Source: Ancylonema sp.
Taxonomy: Eukaryota
Direction of reading: 5' to 3'
Length of the DNA stretch: 64,000 nucleotides
Assembly (NCBI GenBank): GCA_050230475.1
Contig: JBFLGF010000094.1
Location: forward strand, 1 to 64,000
The position numbers were made by a program, and so were the translations under genes. How positions within the stretch are numbered: the stretch's first letter is position 1; every line of letters begins with the position of its first letter. Positions 47,406-61,875 of the stretch are shown here, one piece after another. The notes under the pieces are model-generated. The model was given only the letters and a program-made list of their open reading frames with translations. It was not told the origin of the DNA and made no database searches.

Positions 47406-48296
47406 TCAAAGTTCGCTCCTATGTTTCGAAAATTGACACGTGCCCAAAGATGCCATCCCGTCCATCTGTCCTTCTTGCCAAATGGCGCACACCAACGGCT
47501 GCTCGCACGTGGTGGGAATGTTGAATCTGCAAGTGGCACACCCCGATCTCTTCAGCACCGTTGCTTACACGATAGCATTTTTTACAATCTCGTAAGGTCA
47601 TCGATATACCGTTCAAATAAATAGCAACATCTTTTTTTGACTGAATTGTCAGCCGCGATCTTACCCGAAGTCACCCTCTGTACGGCAGAGATCTCCCTCG
47701 CCACCTGGGATGGTCTCTACGGTGTCTGCCCCTGAAATCAAAAGAATTCACGACAAAAATAGACGAGAAGTTCATAGACCTTCTGAAGTCTTACAGTCGA
47801 TGACATTTTATTTATCAGACCACTTACTTTATCGCAGAATGCAGAGATGCGGAATTTAGCATGTATCGGTTTGCTCACTGAAAAAATACCACCGACAAAT
47901 TGAACCAGAGCTTACAGATGCGGTCGCGATTAACGAATGTACGTCTGAGCATATCGGGTGGAACTGCGCGATGGACTTACAAGGCCCCAGTCCTGCAGCC
48001 GTGTAACCCTCCATAATCATTTGACACGTGCCAAACTTGGATGCAACAAAACCTCCGTCATCTGGCGCTGCTGTCGATAGAATGCACCTCAATCCCTCCT
48101 CGCACGGCCAATGAAAGGGAGCGGACTGAAGGCAGCATTCGGCTCCCAGACCACCGGGAGGTCTTGGTAAGGCGCTAGTCAGGGGGTCACCGCGCCCATA
48201 ATATGCATCTTCGGATGAGAATCTCGCAGCGTAGCAAGCAGAAAGAACAGGGGCGATGGCGACCAAGAACACCAGTTTAAATCTCGAGGAATTCAT
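47406..48296 (-). CDS. Small secreted protein with two Cys-rich repeats (3 exons)
   Basis: Exons 48296-47981, 47731-47665 and 47526-47406 join in frame with GT-AG ends. Signal-peptide-like N-terminus MNSSRFKLVFLVAIAPVLSACYA. Two PGGxGxxC...CExxLxC...GTCQ units. TATA-like sequence at ~48346-48355. Confidence 0.75.
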
Positions 48297-49720
48297 AGTG
48301 CAATGCGCCGAGTTTTTGAAGTTGACCAATAATTGTGCGCTGAGATATATTTAAACCCGATGGTGGTCTAGCTAGGAACGTAGGCCGTTTACTTCTGGTT
48401 AAAATTTGTGATACAATGTTTATGACCAAGTTTCGTCGAGAGTGGATGCGGAATGGTGGAAGATAAATAATTTTGATTCGTGAAACATGCCAGCTCGTGC
48501 TGATCCGGAAGAACTGGGCAGTGAGTTCAGATGATGATACCATTGGCGTGAATGACAAGGTCGAGGCATGCTTTCGCAAAAGTAGTGATGTCTGAAGCAT
48601 TTTGAGCAGTGTCTTACGGTCAGCGGTTTCAGTGATTGTTTCTGAAACTGTGTTGGCAATAGCTACAGTTATGAGCAATAAGGAAGCACGAAGCGAGGCA
48701 ACTTATTTCGTAACCTTTTGTAGTCGACGTCGAAAATCTCGCCAGTCGATGCGCCGTGATATCGTATTTGGCAGGCGGCATTTAGTCCACTTGTCACAGA
48801 AACTCGTGACGACAATGACAGATGTTGTACGTGGAGGATAAAATATGACGCATGACGTGGCACTGTTCGAGTCTGCCGCAATCTCAAGTTCAGCCATCTG
48901 CCATATAACGATAGCGATAGCGATAGTGATAGCGATAACTATTACCGTTCCGGCCAGGTTCAATGCCCCACCCTACCCGGGATGGAAATAATAAGTCAAA
49001 GACCCAGCAATCCGCCCCCCCCCAGGACCGGGAATTCACCATTTTTAGGACCCATAAACCGGGAAATTCCGAAAAATTGATTTGAAAAACCGGTGATCGC
49101 CGGGTATTTGCTTGTATTTGCCGGCTATTTTAGATCCAACGGGAAATTGGTAATTAATTTATGGGTCATTAAACCTGGCCGGCACGGTAATCGATATGGC
49201 GCCCCCCCCCCCGGATGCAGGATTCCGGTTGGCGACAATTTGTTGGTACACAAGCAGCTGGACTCGGCAAAAATAATATCAGGATAGTTTTGGCGCTAAA
49301 CAATTGTGGTGTGTACGGCGTTTGGTGAGTCCACCGGTCGATTAAAATTTGGTCCGCAACCGCGGTTGAGTTAACAACTTTGCCACACTGATGAGTTGTA
49401 AATCAGTGGGTGGATGACGTGCTTGAAATAGTTATGTGAAGGGGTTGGGGCATCGATGCTGTCATCGGGTGCTATAATATAAATGTCGAGCTAATTCAGG
49501 ATTTGCAACATGGAACGTCGATGTAAGCTACTCGATGTATCTTGATAGTAAAGTCGGAGTGGTTAGATGGTGCTACTTCAAAAACTACACAACAACACTC
49601 ACTACAGTATTTTTGAATAAATTATATGACAAATAATGCAATAATAATGTGTTGGACTAAAACACGTATTCCGTATAATATCATCATATAGTATTATTAT
49701 TCTTATTATTCTTATTTATT

Positions 49721-50166
<446 letters not shown>

Positions 50167-51230
50167 AAAACCCGAAACCCATAGAACCCGCAAAAAAAAC
50201 GTTTGTTGCGCGAGCAAACTATGTTTCGATCAAAAGACGCGTCTTCGCGTTCAAAAATATATTCCGATTTTCTTTTCGTGGCTCGGGAATATAGAAGGGA
50301 GACGATCGCGGAGCGACATTTTTTAAGGTTATCCAAGGAAATCAGTATATCCGGATTGCTTTGATTGTATATTTTTAAGAGAGATATGATGTCGGAATGC
50401 TTTAAAGTTGTAAAATATAAATGACAAGGAAGTTGGCAGTGTAGACATCTTTAAACGATTATGTAGGCATTACCATTTCGGGATATTTTAAACAAAGTAT
50501 GTACGATGGTTTATACGTGGATCATCGTGTATGCGAAAAGGGTTTTCTCGATTGAAATTAGTACACGTCATGCAAGTGTGACATATCCGAGGCGAGCTTC
50601 ATGTTCTCTATTCAATTTCATAGTTATTTCTATGCGAAACGACCAAATCGTCGAAGAAAGGGTATACCTTAAATGTAAAGCTAACACATACTAATTCGAC
50701 ATATAAATCTGTCATTATATATTCGCTACGTCTATGAGTTCCTATGGCTTAAATTCGATGGTCAAATCTCAACTTGATTTCAAAGAGGCGCGGGAGGGGA
50801 GGTGACGATGGCCGACAACACCAAACTAAAGTGTTTGTGGTGGGGTTTTTCATCTCTTCGCGGGTAAACTTCTCGAAGATATCTTATTGGTTCTCAATCT
50901 TTGAGGTGATAAATAGCACCTTATCACGCTCCGAAGATCCAAGACGACTCTGATTGGTCAATATGCGTGTTTCTAACCCGTGAGGTATTATTTCCCGACC
51001 CGACTCCGTCACCATGAGTTCACGCATGGGAACGAGGATGGTATGGTTGTATCGTAAGAATTTGAATACGTAATACTAACTCTGACAGTGCGTCGTCTCA
51101 AGTGGAAGAAAACCCAACTCTTTATTTTTTTTCGAGACTTGTTTCATGATCGAAATGCTTCACGTAATTTCCCAAGTAGTCCGGAATCGTTTTCTCCATT
51201 TCTCATCGGAAAAACGCACCGCATGAGTAG

Positions 51231-52580
51231 ATGATGGTGAAGAAGATTCAAACGTTTTTCATTTCAAAGACAAAAGACCGAGCGATGAATGAGGGGAGAC
51301 TTGAATACCTTTTACTTACATCCATGAAAATATCGATATTGAAACCAACCAATTATATAGGCATGCACACTTGGTACGATCAAGAAACAAATGAGCGGTT
51401 GTCACCTTTTAATGCACATGATTCGTCAATCAAATGTCATGTCGATTGATACTAATTTTTGTGATTCGTACCCGCATGCTCATTTTCCGTATCGCCCTAC
51501 CTTAACACTTCATTTTCCTACCCAATATTATTCGTAACCCAACGATGTTGTTTGGGGAAAATATACACGCGCCACACCCAATTCACTAAACATGTAGGAT
51601 GGACCTATAAGAAACCACGCAACTTTTACGATTATTATACCTCATCAAATGAATCGTTTTCAAGGATGTGACCATTGATAGAAAGAAAAATCCCGTATCA
51701 GGGCTTTCTGCTCACGTCAGATCGCCCACATTATTTACATATGACCCCTCTCACTGTACTCGATAGACCATCTCAAGCAAGTCCATCATCCAGTGCCAGA
51801 TATTTCGTACTTCCTCGAGAACCACGATATATTTATTAAATCTCGAGGCTTTTTTTTTTTTTTTTTTTTTTTTGGCACCACACGACCTATTCTGACCTTA
51901 TGCTTCAGCCCGTCCCTAAGCTATTGCGCTTCCCTGCGGATCCGGCTGCATGGATGTGGATCCACCAAAGCTATCGCTGGAAATACTCTTTACACTCACT
52001 CCTCCGCTCCTACCTGTGTCGTTTGATGATGAAAAACCTCCGGCAGAAGTATGAGACTTGGTCGGACCTTTTCCTGGATGATGAATCTTATGAGTGGCTT
52101 CGTTAAACTTTTCCTGAATAGGGGTGAATAACGAAGCAATCGATAATATTCCTGGTTCATAAAAACAAAGAAAATAGGAAGAAAACAGTACGCAATTGTG
52201 GCACCGTTTCGCGCTTCATTCACACTCATTCTGAATAAAATTCTGCGAAGCATTAACTATGAGAGCATGTCTGACATGCCAAAGAGATTCGGGCCACACA
52301 CAGAAAGCCGATCGAAAAATGAAATTTTGAGACTCACCTGCTAGCGACTTAGCAACTCCAATGACTGTGTCCTTCCCTTTCCAAGTGAGGATGAAAACCT
52401 TGACCCCGAATGACTGTCAACAAGAAAAAACGGTACTACTTAAACTTTCGGGGGGATATTCCGTGCGCTCCACCAAAACTGGTATTCATACTCGTTTGAA
52501 CTCACCTTGATAATTTCTCCAGCACCCTTCAGTTTTTCCATTCCCGAGTGAGTCACGCTCGAAATTTTGTCACCTATTGA
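51231..52580 (+). mobile_element. Possible highly decayed hAT transposase remnant
   Basis: Scattered motif-like fragments in hAT order: YIGMHTWYD, RWKYSL (cf. RWNS), LDP at ~52400, and WY...SIP at ~52480-52545. No continuous ORF. Confidence 0.35.
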
Positions 52581-53599
52581 CTGTAAACCAAAGCAACCAA
52601 TATAATTTATCAAACAACTTTACAAATCCATACATCAATTTGTGACCTGCAACTAGTTTTCACTCAAAGAAACTTAATGGCCTGCCTATCGCACGCCAAC
52701 AGCATCGACGTGGTAACGGCTACTGGAATGAGAATCCCTTAGGCAAACACCTCGTTATGAGAGAAATCAGGAAGTAGATGTCATAGCTCTCGTAAATCTG
52801 TAATTTATTCCGGAGAAATTACAAACAGCCGTAAAATACACACTTCCCAGTCTTTGGCACAAATAAATGACGTGCTTGCAACAGAATGACCAGGAATCAA
52901 TACAGAGTGCAAAAAAACCAGAACACTCACATGAGACATGTTGTCAGGTAAAGAGTGCAGATGAGGACTAACAAAAAAAGCGAAGCGAAGAGTCACGCAG
53001 AAAGCTACTCACACTACGCAAGTTTCTTTAGTATCAATGATTAAAAATGCTGGATTTGCTTCAGTGTCGTCCAAAACTTTGGTGTCGCAAGAGCGAGGAG
53101 CGTGACAAAGAATGAGCTATAGCAATTCGCTTCCAACTTTCTGACACGTATACAAGCAGCACATGCAGCACGTGCATATCCTTTTTGCACGAGATCCAGA
53201 ACGCCTGTTTGATATATTTCGATCTGACGGCTATAAATAGTTCATAATATCTACAAAAGTCTCCATATTATTCACATGCAATTTAATTATTTATCTTAAT
53301 TACTTGGGCGCAGCATGCAATGCTAGTTGTGATGGCCATCCAGATATACGGATTTCCCAACGATCAACCGGTCGGGAAGTTCTGCAGCCGGTTCTTTTCC
53401 AGTTTTCCGGTTGTAACACTGGAAAATATTGGAAACCAGTGGGGCGCCTGGTTGCCGAATCGCCAGCCAGTTGGACGGCATCCTACGGATCAAATCATAG
53501 ATAGACCCGAACGCGGGCCGGAGTAATCCCGAACGCGTTCCCGCACTTCTCGTACTCATTCGGTACTTCATTCGCTGTCCGTCCGAGCGTCTCCGGGCG

Positions 53600-53830
53600 G
53601 GCTCCATTTCGAGTGTTCAGAAATCGAATTTCAAAACCCCATATCTTGTAAATGGGTCATGATTAGCACATATTACATCTGTATATGGTAGATTAGGTGT
53701 TGTTGTTGACAATGTTTTTATTTCACTCTCAAGTTTGTAAAATCTCAAGAGAAGGAAACACCGGAGCCATGAAAATCCTCTATCTACCCGCCCTCGGGCG
53801 GAATTATTCGAACGTATTTCGAACGAGTTT
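53600..53830 (+). repeat. Dispersed repeat, second copy at ~59120-59350
   Basis: Colinear similarity, e.g. TTTCAAAAC...CTTGTAAATGG(G/C)TCATGATT...TGAAAA(T/A)CCTCTA, in the same orientation. Confidence 0.7.
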
Positions 53831-56800
53831 GAGGCCCAATTTATAATCGAAATCTGTCAAATCTGTTTGAAATAAAGCATACTGGTTAAATTTGTTGTTT
53901 AACGGTTGAGTAACGATCGGTGGATTCTTGAACCGGTGATTGCGTTCGATATCGGTGGAAATTTGATAAAACTACGGAGAAATTGGTAATGAAAGTTCTT
54001 TATAACCGGTAAGATTTTCAATTGAAATTGAAACAAAACACCGGTCGGAAACTATCCCAACTGGTATGAAGTGCTACCACTTGGTTGACATGTAGGCCAA
54101 CACGTTTTTCATTTCACGATATAACAAAGTGGTTTCGATAGGTATTCGCCAAACGGGTGGACGATGAAGATCGGGTAGATAGTCAACCGGTTAGATAGTC
54201 TCCCGGTTGATATCAATCGCGAGTGACCCTCGTCCACTTGACTTTTAGTACCAAAATAGACGATTTTATCGAAACCTCCGCTGATATCAGAAATAACAAG
54301 GCAACCATGGTGTGTATTGACTTAGGAAACTGATTTCGTAATATCGACAAAACGTACTATTCGGTGAACGGCAATATGTGTGGAGGTTTTACACGTGAAG
54401 TCCGCTTGAGTTATAGACAAATCTTAACATGGGAATACTTGTCATACAAGTATACGTAGACCACCCGCAGTGATTCTTAGTACAAGTCTAGACAATGCCG
54501 AACATTGCATAAGTTGTTGCACTCGACTAGTACTCTCGCTAATTGGTTTTAACCAAGCCAACTGCGTCTTTGAATGTATCGATTCATTGATGGCTTCGAC
54601 GTCTTCAAGTGAAGAGGTCGATTTTTAGTTCACACACTTGAGAAGTTCGACCCGACGTCGGATTCTCAATTTAAAACAAAAACAAGTGAGGGCGGTCGTA
54701 AGGCACGCGTATATCAAGTATATCGTGATCTCGACGTCAAGGATGCGATGATGCATTCGATTGTATTGTCAACAAGATCGTGAATTCAACCGAAGGCACG
54801 GGTGTGAGGCCGCCGGCAACTCCGAGAACTATACTACACATAGGAATGCGGTGAAGTGGTTGGCAATCCTGATCGCCAATGATGCGTCATTCATGACGGT
54901 GGTCTAGGTTAGGAAAATCCTTGTGGCCGTGTAGAAATGACTTGAGCGGAAGTTTAACTTCTGGTCCACCATGTAGACATATGCATCAGGTGAAGAGTTC
55001 CGAAATTTCACGCATTCCGAGAAACCATGTCTGACGAGGTCGTCTTGAGATATATGTTTTCGTAACATATCCCTTCCAACCAGATGACGTGCCAGATAGA
55101 GTCGGCAGACAACTTGTCGACATTTTTTTTGTTTTTTTTGTTTTTTTTTTAATCGACAGATTTTGGAAAAAAATGAAAATGACGGATGACACTCGATGAC
55201 TTGGCTGCTTGTCTGGGTGAGCAGCATAAGGATTGGACGTCGGGTCATCATTTGGATCTCACTAGAGTAGTTGGTGTAGGTTTGGTTGACTGGTTGCTTC
55301 ACAATACGCACACGAAAATGGTAATGAAAATTCAAGCGGCACGGTGAATGAACGATTCACAAGGTGGTGACGGGTGCAAACAATTCAAAGGGTAAAGTTG
55401 TCTGACTGAGCGTGCACAAAACGGTGCAGCGAACTTGTAACAATTTTATGACGTCAACGAAACGGATGGCAGTCAATATCAAGGCCACGACGATGCAAGG
55501 GTAAAGATAATTTTGACTGCGGCAGAATTGCACACGATGCGTATGAAAAACGCAAAATTGCACAAGACTTTTCAGTTGCTTGTGATGAGACAACACGCAC
55601 AAGCAAGCAAGCAAATACATAAAAACTTACGTCTGATGAAACGACGCGAAGCTCGCAGGGAATTGTAGGGAATGTCAAAGGCGAAGCGGCACACTCGACA
55701 ACGATAATAAACGGTTTCAAAGTACACGAATTCACAGAGATTGCAATAAGATGACGATTTCAAAAGAGTTTGTTGAAACTCAATCTGCGTAAACTGACAG
55801 CGGAAGCTGGCAGTTCAGAAAGCGACTTTGGCTTTCAAAGAATCGACGCGGCTTTTCGCACGCGAAACTTTATAGAGCTTATCTTGATGTAAAGGCTGAA
55901 AAGAAATATCGACTAGACACGTAATATCGGTTGTCTATTTTGGAGTTCTATATTTCACACGTGCGACAGCTCACTAGCCAGGCTGGTTGACTGACATTAA
56001 GTCGGCGCGCACTGAGAATCTTCTGACTCGTCGATACGACAACGTACTCGGAATCAAAGTCTAAAAAGTTGCACACCGATTTTTCTAGACTCAGTGATTA
56101 TAAATTTTTTATCGAATCAAGCGTCTGAATGATCGAATTTCATGTAACAACAGAGTTCGCGATAACGACAACCCGAACGAGAGAGGCAAGAGGGCATGAT
56201 AAAAAAGATTGACAACAACTAGGGGGGTGTGAGACGATAACCTAAAAGTTGTGACCATCAACACTGTAAAGTGTATCGTGATAGCCCTAGCATTCGATAT
56301 AGTGACATTAAATCCCCATGTTTGTAAAATTCTCACTATGTCAAGACTGCAGTGTATGTGTGAAGCTTGTGTTTTCTCTACAGCTAGGCTGCTCTAAAAA
56401 GCCTGGCGGACATTCTTGCACGTGCAATCAGAGGTCACTTTTTGTCGGCATTCGGCAAGCATTTCGATATTTGCGACGTGTCACAGATTGTCCGAATGCG
56501 GTTCGGGATGTTTGGGAATTTGATATGACGGTCAAGATATCTCATCGATATCACACGGAATTACGAGCACGAAAATTCGTAGGGACTAGGGTGGGACCCA
56601 GCCGCCAGAATCCCAACGGTTGGCGGTCGGCCACCCGCCGGCCGCCTCCAACAACCGCCAAACCGCCCCAACCGCCACCCAATCGTCCAACCGCCATCCA
56701 ACCGCCATCGAACTGCCCAAACGCCATTTAACTGCCACCCAACCGCCAATCAAGAGCCCAACGGCCGCCAATCCGCCCAACTGCCGACGGTTGGAAAGCG

Positions 56801-57160
56801 ATTAGGGATTGTACGCTAAAACGTGGAAGGCGGAGAGTATCCCCGCATCGGCGGATTGACAATTAATTAGTACACCGTCCCACCCCCCGATGCCGTCCGA
56901 TTCCCGTGGTGTCAGAAAATTTGTAAGACTCGCTGCAAATTTTTTCCACTGTTCTGAAAAAAAAAACGGATCGGACGGACACAGTCTTTCCCATAGACCG
57001 TCCCCCCCTATATTTCGTACAATTCCTGTGGTTAGGGTCGGTGCACAGGTCTCCGAGGACGCGGTACATAATTTTTTGTGAGGAAAATGAGTCCCGCACG
57101 TGTATATTGCATTGTCCGTACATGCAGCTGTGCTAGGGAGGCCTTGGGTGTTCCCGGTTT

Positions 57161-58655
57161 TCATCGGCCGTTAAGAATCGAGCTCTTAACCTTGATTCTG
57201 ATTGGACCTCGAGTTCTCACACGTGGACTATACACGCCCCGATCACACCCAATCGTTCCACCTATCCAGGAATATATATATACACCCAATTGCCATCCAA
57301 CCACCCCGACCGCCGTTTTCATGTCAAACGAAGTCGTGGACGTGTCAAAGGGCACTGTTGTGGACGTGTCAAACGAAGTCGTGGAGGTGTCGAAGGGCAA
57401 TGTTGGTGGCCTGCCGATTTTCCCTTCGTGGTCCACCATGTTCATTGCCCGTTGCCTCCGCAAACATACAAAAAGGACAATACTAACGAGGATTGCAACA
57501 ACCGCAACAACAACTACGACTCCGATGATAATGGGGAGGCTTGAGTTGCTGGTCCCTGTGTGGGACGAAAACAAGGGGGGGGGGGGGTAGATAGGACCAA
57601 GGGGTACACCAAATAACGCGACTTGGACTTGTGGTGTATAAATAAGTTTTCATTACAAGGGGTGAAATGATGAGACTGCGAAACGGGACGTCGGGAGGGG
57701 GGCATACACGACGTTGTATATTTGAACACATCACTTTTGCGGTTATTCGTAACTTAAAGAACAAAAAGAGGCGTGACTATGCACGTACAAAATGTACAAC
57801 TCCATGTTATTTGCAATAAGGAAAGATGCCTTCGTTTTCTTTTTTGTACACGACAACAATTCCTCACAAGTGTGAACCTCTCTACCGCCTAGAACGCGCA
57901 AACGATACAGGATCAATGGACACGATCCTTTTAAAAAAAATCCCAATGCAAGAAAAGGGGCATATACCTTGAGGTGAGGGCGTAGGCGTTTGAGGTGTAC
58001 GTAATGGAGGGGTAGGAGAAGGAGAGAAGATAAGTAATGGGGATGGAGGAGGAGGTGGAGAGTGAGGCGGGGCACGGGGGGGGAAGAGTGGTGATGGGAA
58101 GGGAGGAAGAGGTGATGGGAAGGGAGGAGGTGGTGATGGGAAGGGAGGAGGAGGTGGGGGTGCCTGACACTGTACCGAGAAAGCTGTGATGCAGAGAGAG
58201 CAGTCGGGAATGTTGGAGTAGCAGATATTAGCGGAAAAACTGTCCGCGACATTCTGGTTGGCACAACAGGAGCCGCATGTAACGTTCCTTGTTCGGTCAA
58301 TTCCGCAGAATGCCGGATTCGCGCTTGGTGGGGGTGGCGAAGGGGGTGGCGAAGGGGGTGGCGAAGGGGGTGGGGCGGAGGGCAGAAATGCGGGGGGGGG
58401 GGCTCGACACTGCGTCGAGTATTCCGTTATGCAAGCGGTACAATTAGGGATGTTGCCGTAGCATATGTTTGCGGAGTAGGAAGGCGTGGTGCTGATGGCA
58501 CAACAGCCGTTACACACAATAACCAGTGTGCCGTTATTACCGCAGTAGAACGGAGACTGCGAGGATTGAGCAGAAACGAGAGCAACGAGAAGGCACAGGG
58601 CGAGAACGTGTAAAAGGCGGTGTATGTTTCGCGGGAGTACTTGGGAGTGCGCCAT
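57161..58655 (-). CDS. Single-pass membrane protein: signal peptide, two Cys-rich repeats, extensin-like Pro stalk, TM, short repetitive tail
   Basis: Exon 58655-57968 splices in frame (phase 1) to exon 57555-57161. Contains LLHVLALCLLVALVSA, two 8-Cys units, SPPP/FPSPPPP repeats, the TM IIIGVVVVVAVVAILVSIVLFVCL followed by RRQR, and FDTSTT repeats. The 3' end may splice differently. Confidence 0.82.
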
Positions 58656-60539
58656 GATGCTGCGGCACGTAGTGATCTCGTGGCAGGTATTCAGAAGACG
58701 GGAAAATGTTAGAGTGGGCTGACATCCGGCGGATGGCGATGCGAGAATATAAGACTGGGCTGAGGATTCAGTGTATGCAACCGAGAAGGAGGTTTACGAA
58801 GGTTCGACGATCTAGTACGGGGCTGATGATAGGAGTGGCAGATCCAGCAGTAGCCACTGACGAGTTTTGGCTACTCTGAATTCCACATCCGTCATCCAGA
58901 GGTCTGAATGCCACGGGCAGCGTGGAGTGCCGGCTGCCGGCTTCAGAGACCCGAGGGTTGTCCGACCTCTATATAGGCGCATTTTTGCCCCCAACAAATT
59001 ATGTCGACGAAAATTAGGCGGGAAGTTCAACCAAGAAACACCCGAACGCCAGCGAGACTACTCCCGAAATGACCTAATTGCGATCGGGCCCAAACGCGGG
59101 CGCCGGCCGTTCGCCCGCGTGTCGGAAATCCAGTTTCAAAACATCTTAGCTTGTAAATGGCTCATGATTTGTCTCATATTATATCTTAATACGGTAGAAT
59201 AGAGAATGTAGTTGATATTAAGACCTTTGAATATGACACTTTGATGTTTGTGAAGTCATAAATTATAAGAAATATGAGAACTTTGAAAAACCTCTACATA
59301 CCCCCCCTTCAGGCGAAATTTCCGGATGCTCTCCAAACGTGTTCGAAACCAACCGCGGGCGCCGCCCGTTCGTGTTCATCTAGGGTCAATGCACACGATC
59401 CAGCGGCTATACCTTTCGCAGAGGCGGCCACGGAATCAGAACCAGAAGACCAACCACGAGCAACTCAAAAACCATTACCTACTCCATTGGCACAAAAATC
59501 AACACTTCTCTCAGTCGACAAAAATCGACAATTACTAAACTTGTTATTTTTCAAGCGGATCAACAATTAAAAAGTCTTTACTTTCTTAATATCTCTAGCG
59601 GCATGACACAGATACCCTCCTAAACAACTAGCCGCGTGCTAAAATACTCCGCTTTTCGCTCCAAAATTTATAGTCGAAGTTTTCAATGTGAGATCATGAC
59701 GTCAGTAAGACGATGTAGATAAGTACGTCAACATTTACCGACGTCTAAGTCAATAAGGTCATGTCGATGTTGATGACGTCATGTCGGTGTATCTTAAGGA
59801 TTACTTACCATATTTTGGGCTTGAAGAAACACTTTGGAACGTCTGAAAATACTATGTGTCCATATGATGTCGAGCTCTTCAATCTTGTTGACATTTCAAT
59901 CTCCCATGCGGGGCCACCGGCTGACATCACCGAAACTCGTCGTTGGAATCGCGACGAAGTAAAATATGCTTCTTAACGTTATCGGCTAATGTGTGTTGAT
60001 GAAAAAATAATATACCGATGAAATTCTTCATTTTATCAAACAAGCAATTGACACCTAGAATGGTTTTGGAGAAGCAAAGATGTGCCGATATTATAGCACA
60101 ACTAATTGTTCGTGAATAAGTTTTTTGGGTTAGCGTAATAAATTTAACAAACAATGACAGCATCAAAATCAAAAATACACAACACATGCACACAGTCCAT
60201 AACAAAAAACACGGAATGCGGTACACATAAATATACATAATTAGTACCCAAAAATAAAATCGTGAAAAGGAATAACAAATTTTGCCCGACTTACTAACTA
60301 CGGTCCCGTCAATTCACACGTTTTATTTGTTTTTATATACTTGGGTACGCGCGTCTAATGCGAAATGTTAATAATTGGTAATAATGCTAATAATTGTTAA
60401 CAATCGTAAGTGCAGGAAACGCACAAGTGAAGGAAAAGCATAAATCTATCACCGAACGTCCCTACGTAGAAAACATTATCACACATTTCGTATTATATTT
60501 AGATCAACTATGGAAAATTTATCAAAGCGCAAACATTGA

Positions 60540-60822
60540 TTGTGGGACACATACCGGTGACAAATATTTGGATGAGCGAAATTGTTGATAATGATTAAAT
60601 TGGCATTTTCCTATATATTTGAAGCACGAGTCAAAATTTGTTACTTTTGTTTATTATAATTCGTACTACTCGTTTATTATTTTACCCTAGGATTGTAAGT
60701 ACAATGTGGGACACATACCGGTGACAAGTATTTGGATGAGCGAATTTGTTAAAATTTGTTACTTTTGTTTATTGTAATTTGTACTATTTGTTTATCATTT
60801 TACCTTAGGATTGTAAGTACAA
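60540..60822. repeat. Local direct duplication
   Basis: TGTGGGACACATACCGGTGACAA...GAGCGAA occurs at ~60541 and ~60705; AAAATTTGTTACTTTTG...GTAAGTACAA occurs at ~60633 and ~60751. Confidence 0.85.
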
Positions 60823-61875
60823 AGCTACTCAATGTTTTTTTCGTAGAGAGTATTACAAATATTATCCTAAAGTCAGCTACATTTACATTTCTCTTAAAAA
60901 GACTTGGAAAACGTAAAATTGTACAATTGTACAATTCACTATCAACATTTTTTTGCGAGTAGGTATAATTATTTATTCGAGTATTCAATGCCAATCATAT
61001 AATATCAATATTTAGTCTATATGTTTATTTTAGTACCATATCCGGTGTTGGCGTTATATAGAAAATAAAATTGTCAATGGTTTTTTATACCTTCTACTAC
61101 TAATCAAAACAAAAATCCCAAGCATTTCCTTTTTTTATCGAATCTAAATGGGACATGTTTCAGCACTTTATCATATCTTACTCTTACTTGTTTAATAAAA
61201 TAACATTATATATATTTAAAAAAAAACTAGGTATATTGGCAAAGATTGTGTTAAGCCACAAAAACTCTATACCAAAAAAACCACCTCCACAAAATTATCA
61301 CATGTCTTCACATTTCTTTATTGTATGCACAATTCTTTCATCTTTCATCATATTATCATACTTCTAACAATTTTTTGGTCATGCTCATTTCGAAAATATT
61401 ATAAATTCGGATACTCCATTCCAAATTTCAATTCCCATCATCAGTTTTTCCACTTTCCTACTGAAATATTTTCCATACATCAAATGTTGGGTAGCAAAAT
61501 ACATACTTCATTCAAATAAAAACAGTAGTAATTAAAAAATTACATATGTATAAACCATCAATACCATCAATACCATCAACCACCAATTTACCAGAATATC
61601 ATACCATACAAGACCACATCAATGTAAACATTCGCAACATATATGACAAGATATATATCGTTCGTAAAATACACACTAACAGGTTTCTTTTACCTAAACC
61701 AGCTAATGATTCCCCCCCCCCCAAGTCAGTTACGAAAAGGTAACCCAACACTACACACCATTTCTCAACTTCACACCGTACTCAAGCACGCGACATATGA
61801 ATAGAAATGCAATTTTAAAGTTCACATCCCTACCAGAATCCCAACTATCAAGGAATAAAATATTTGAGATTGCGC

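Noticed and set aside
56620..56790. CAACCGCC repeats as a CRISPR-like array or Pro-rich gene
   Set aside because: Short degenerate repeats without unique spacers in a eukaryotic context; most likely transposon subterminal repeats.
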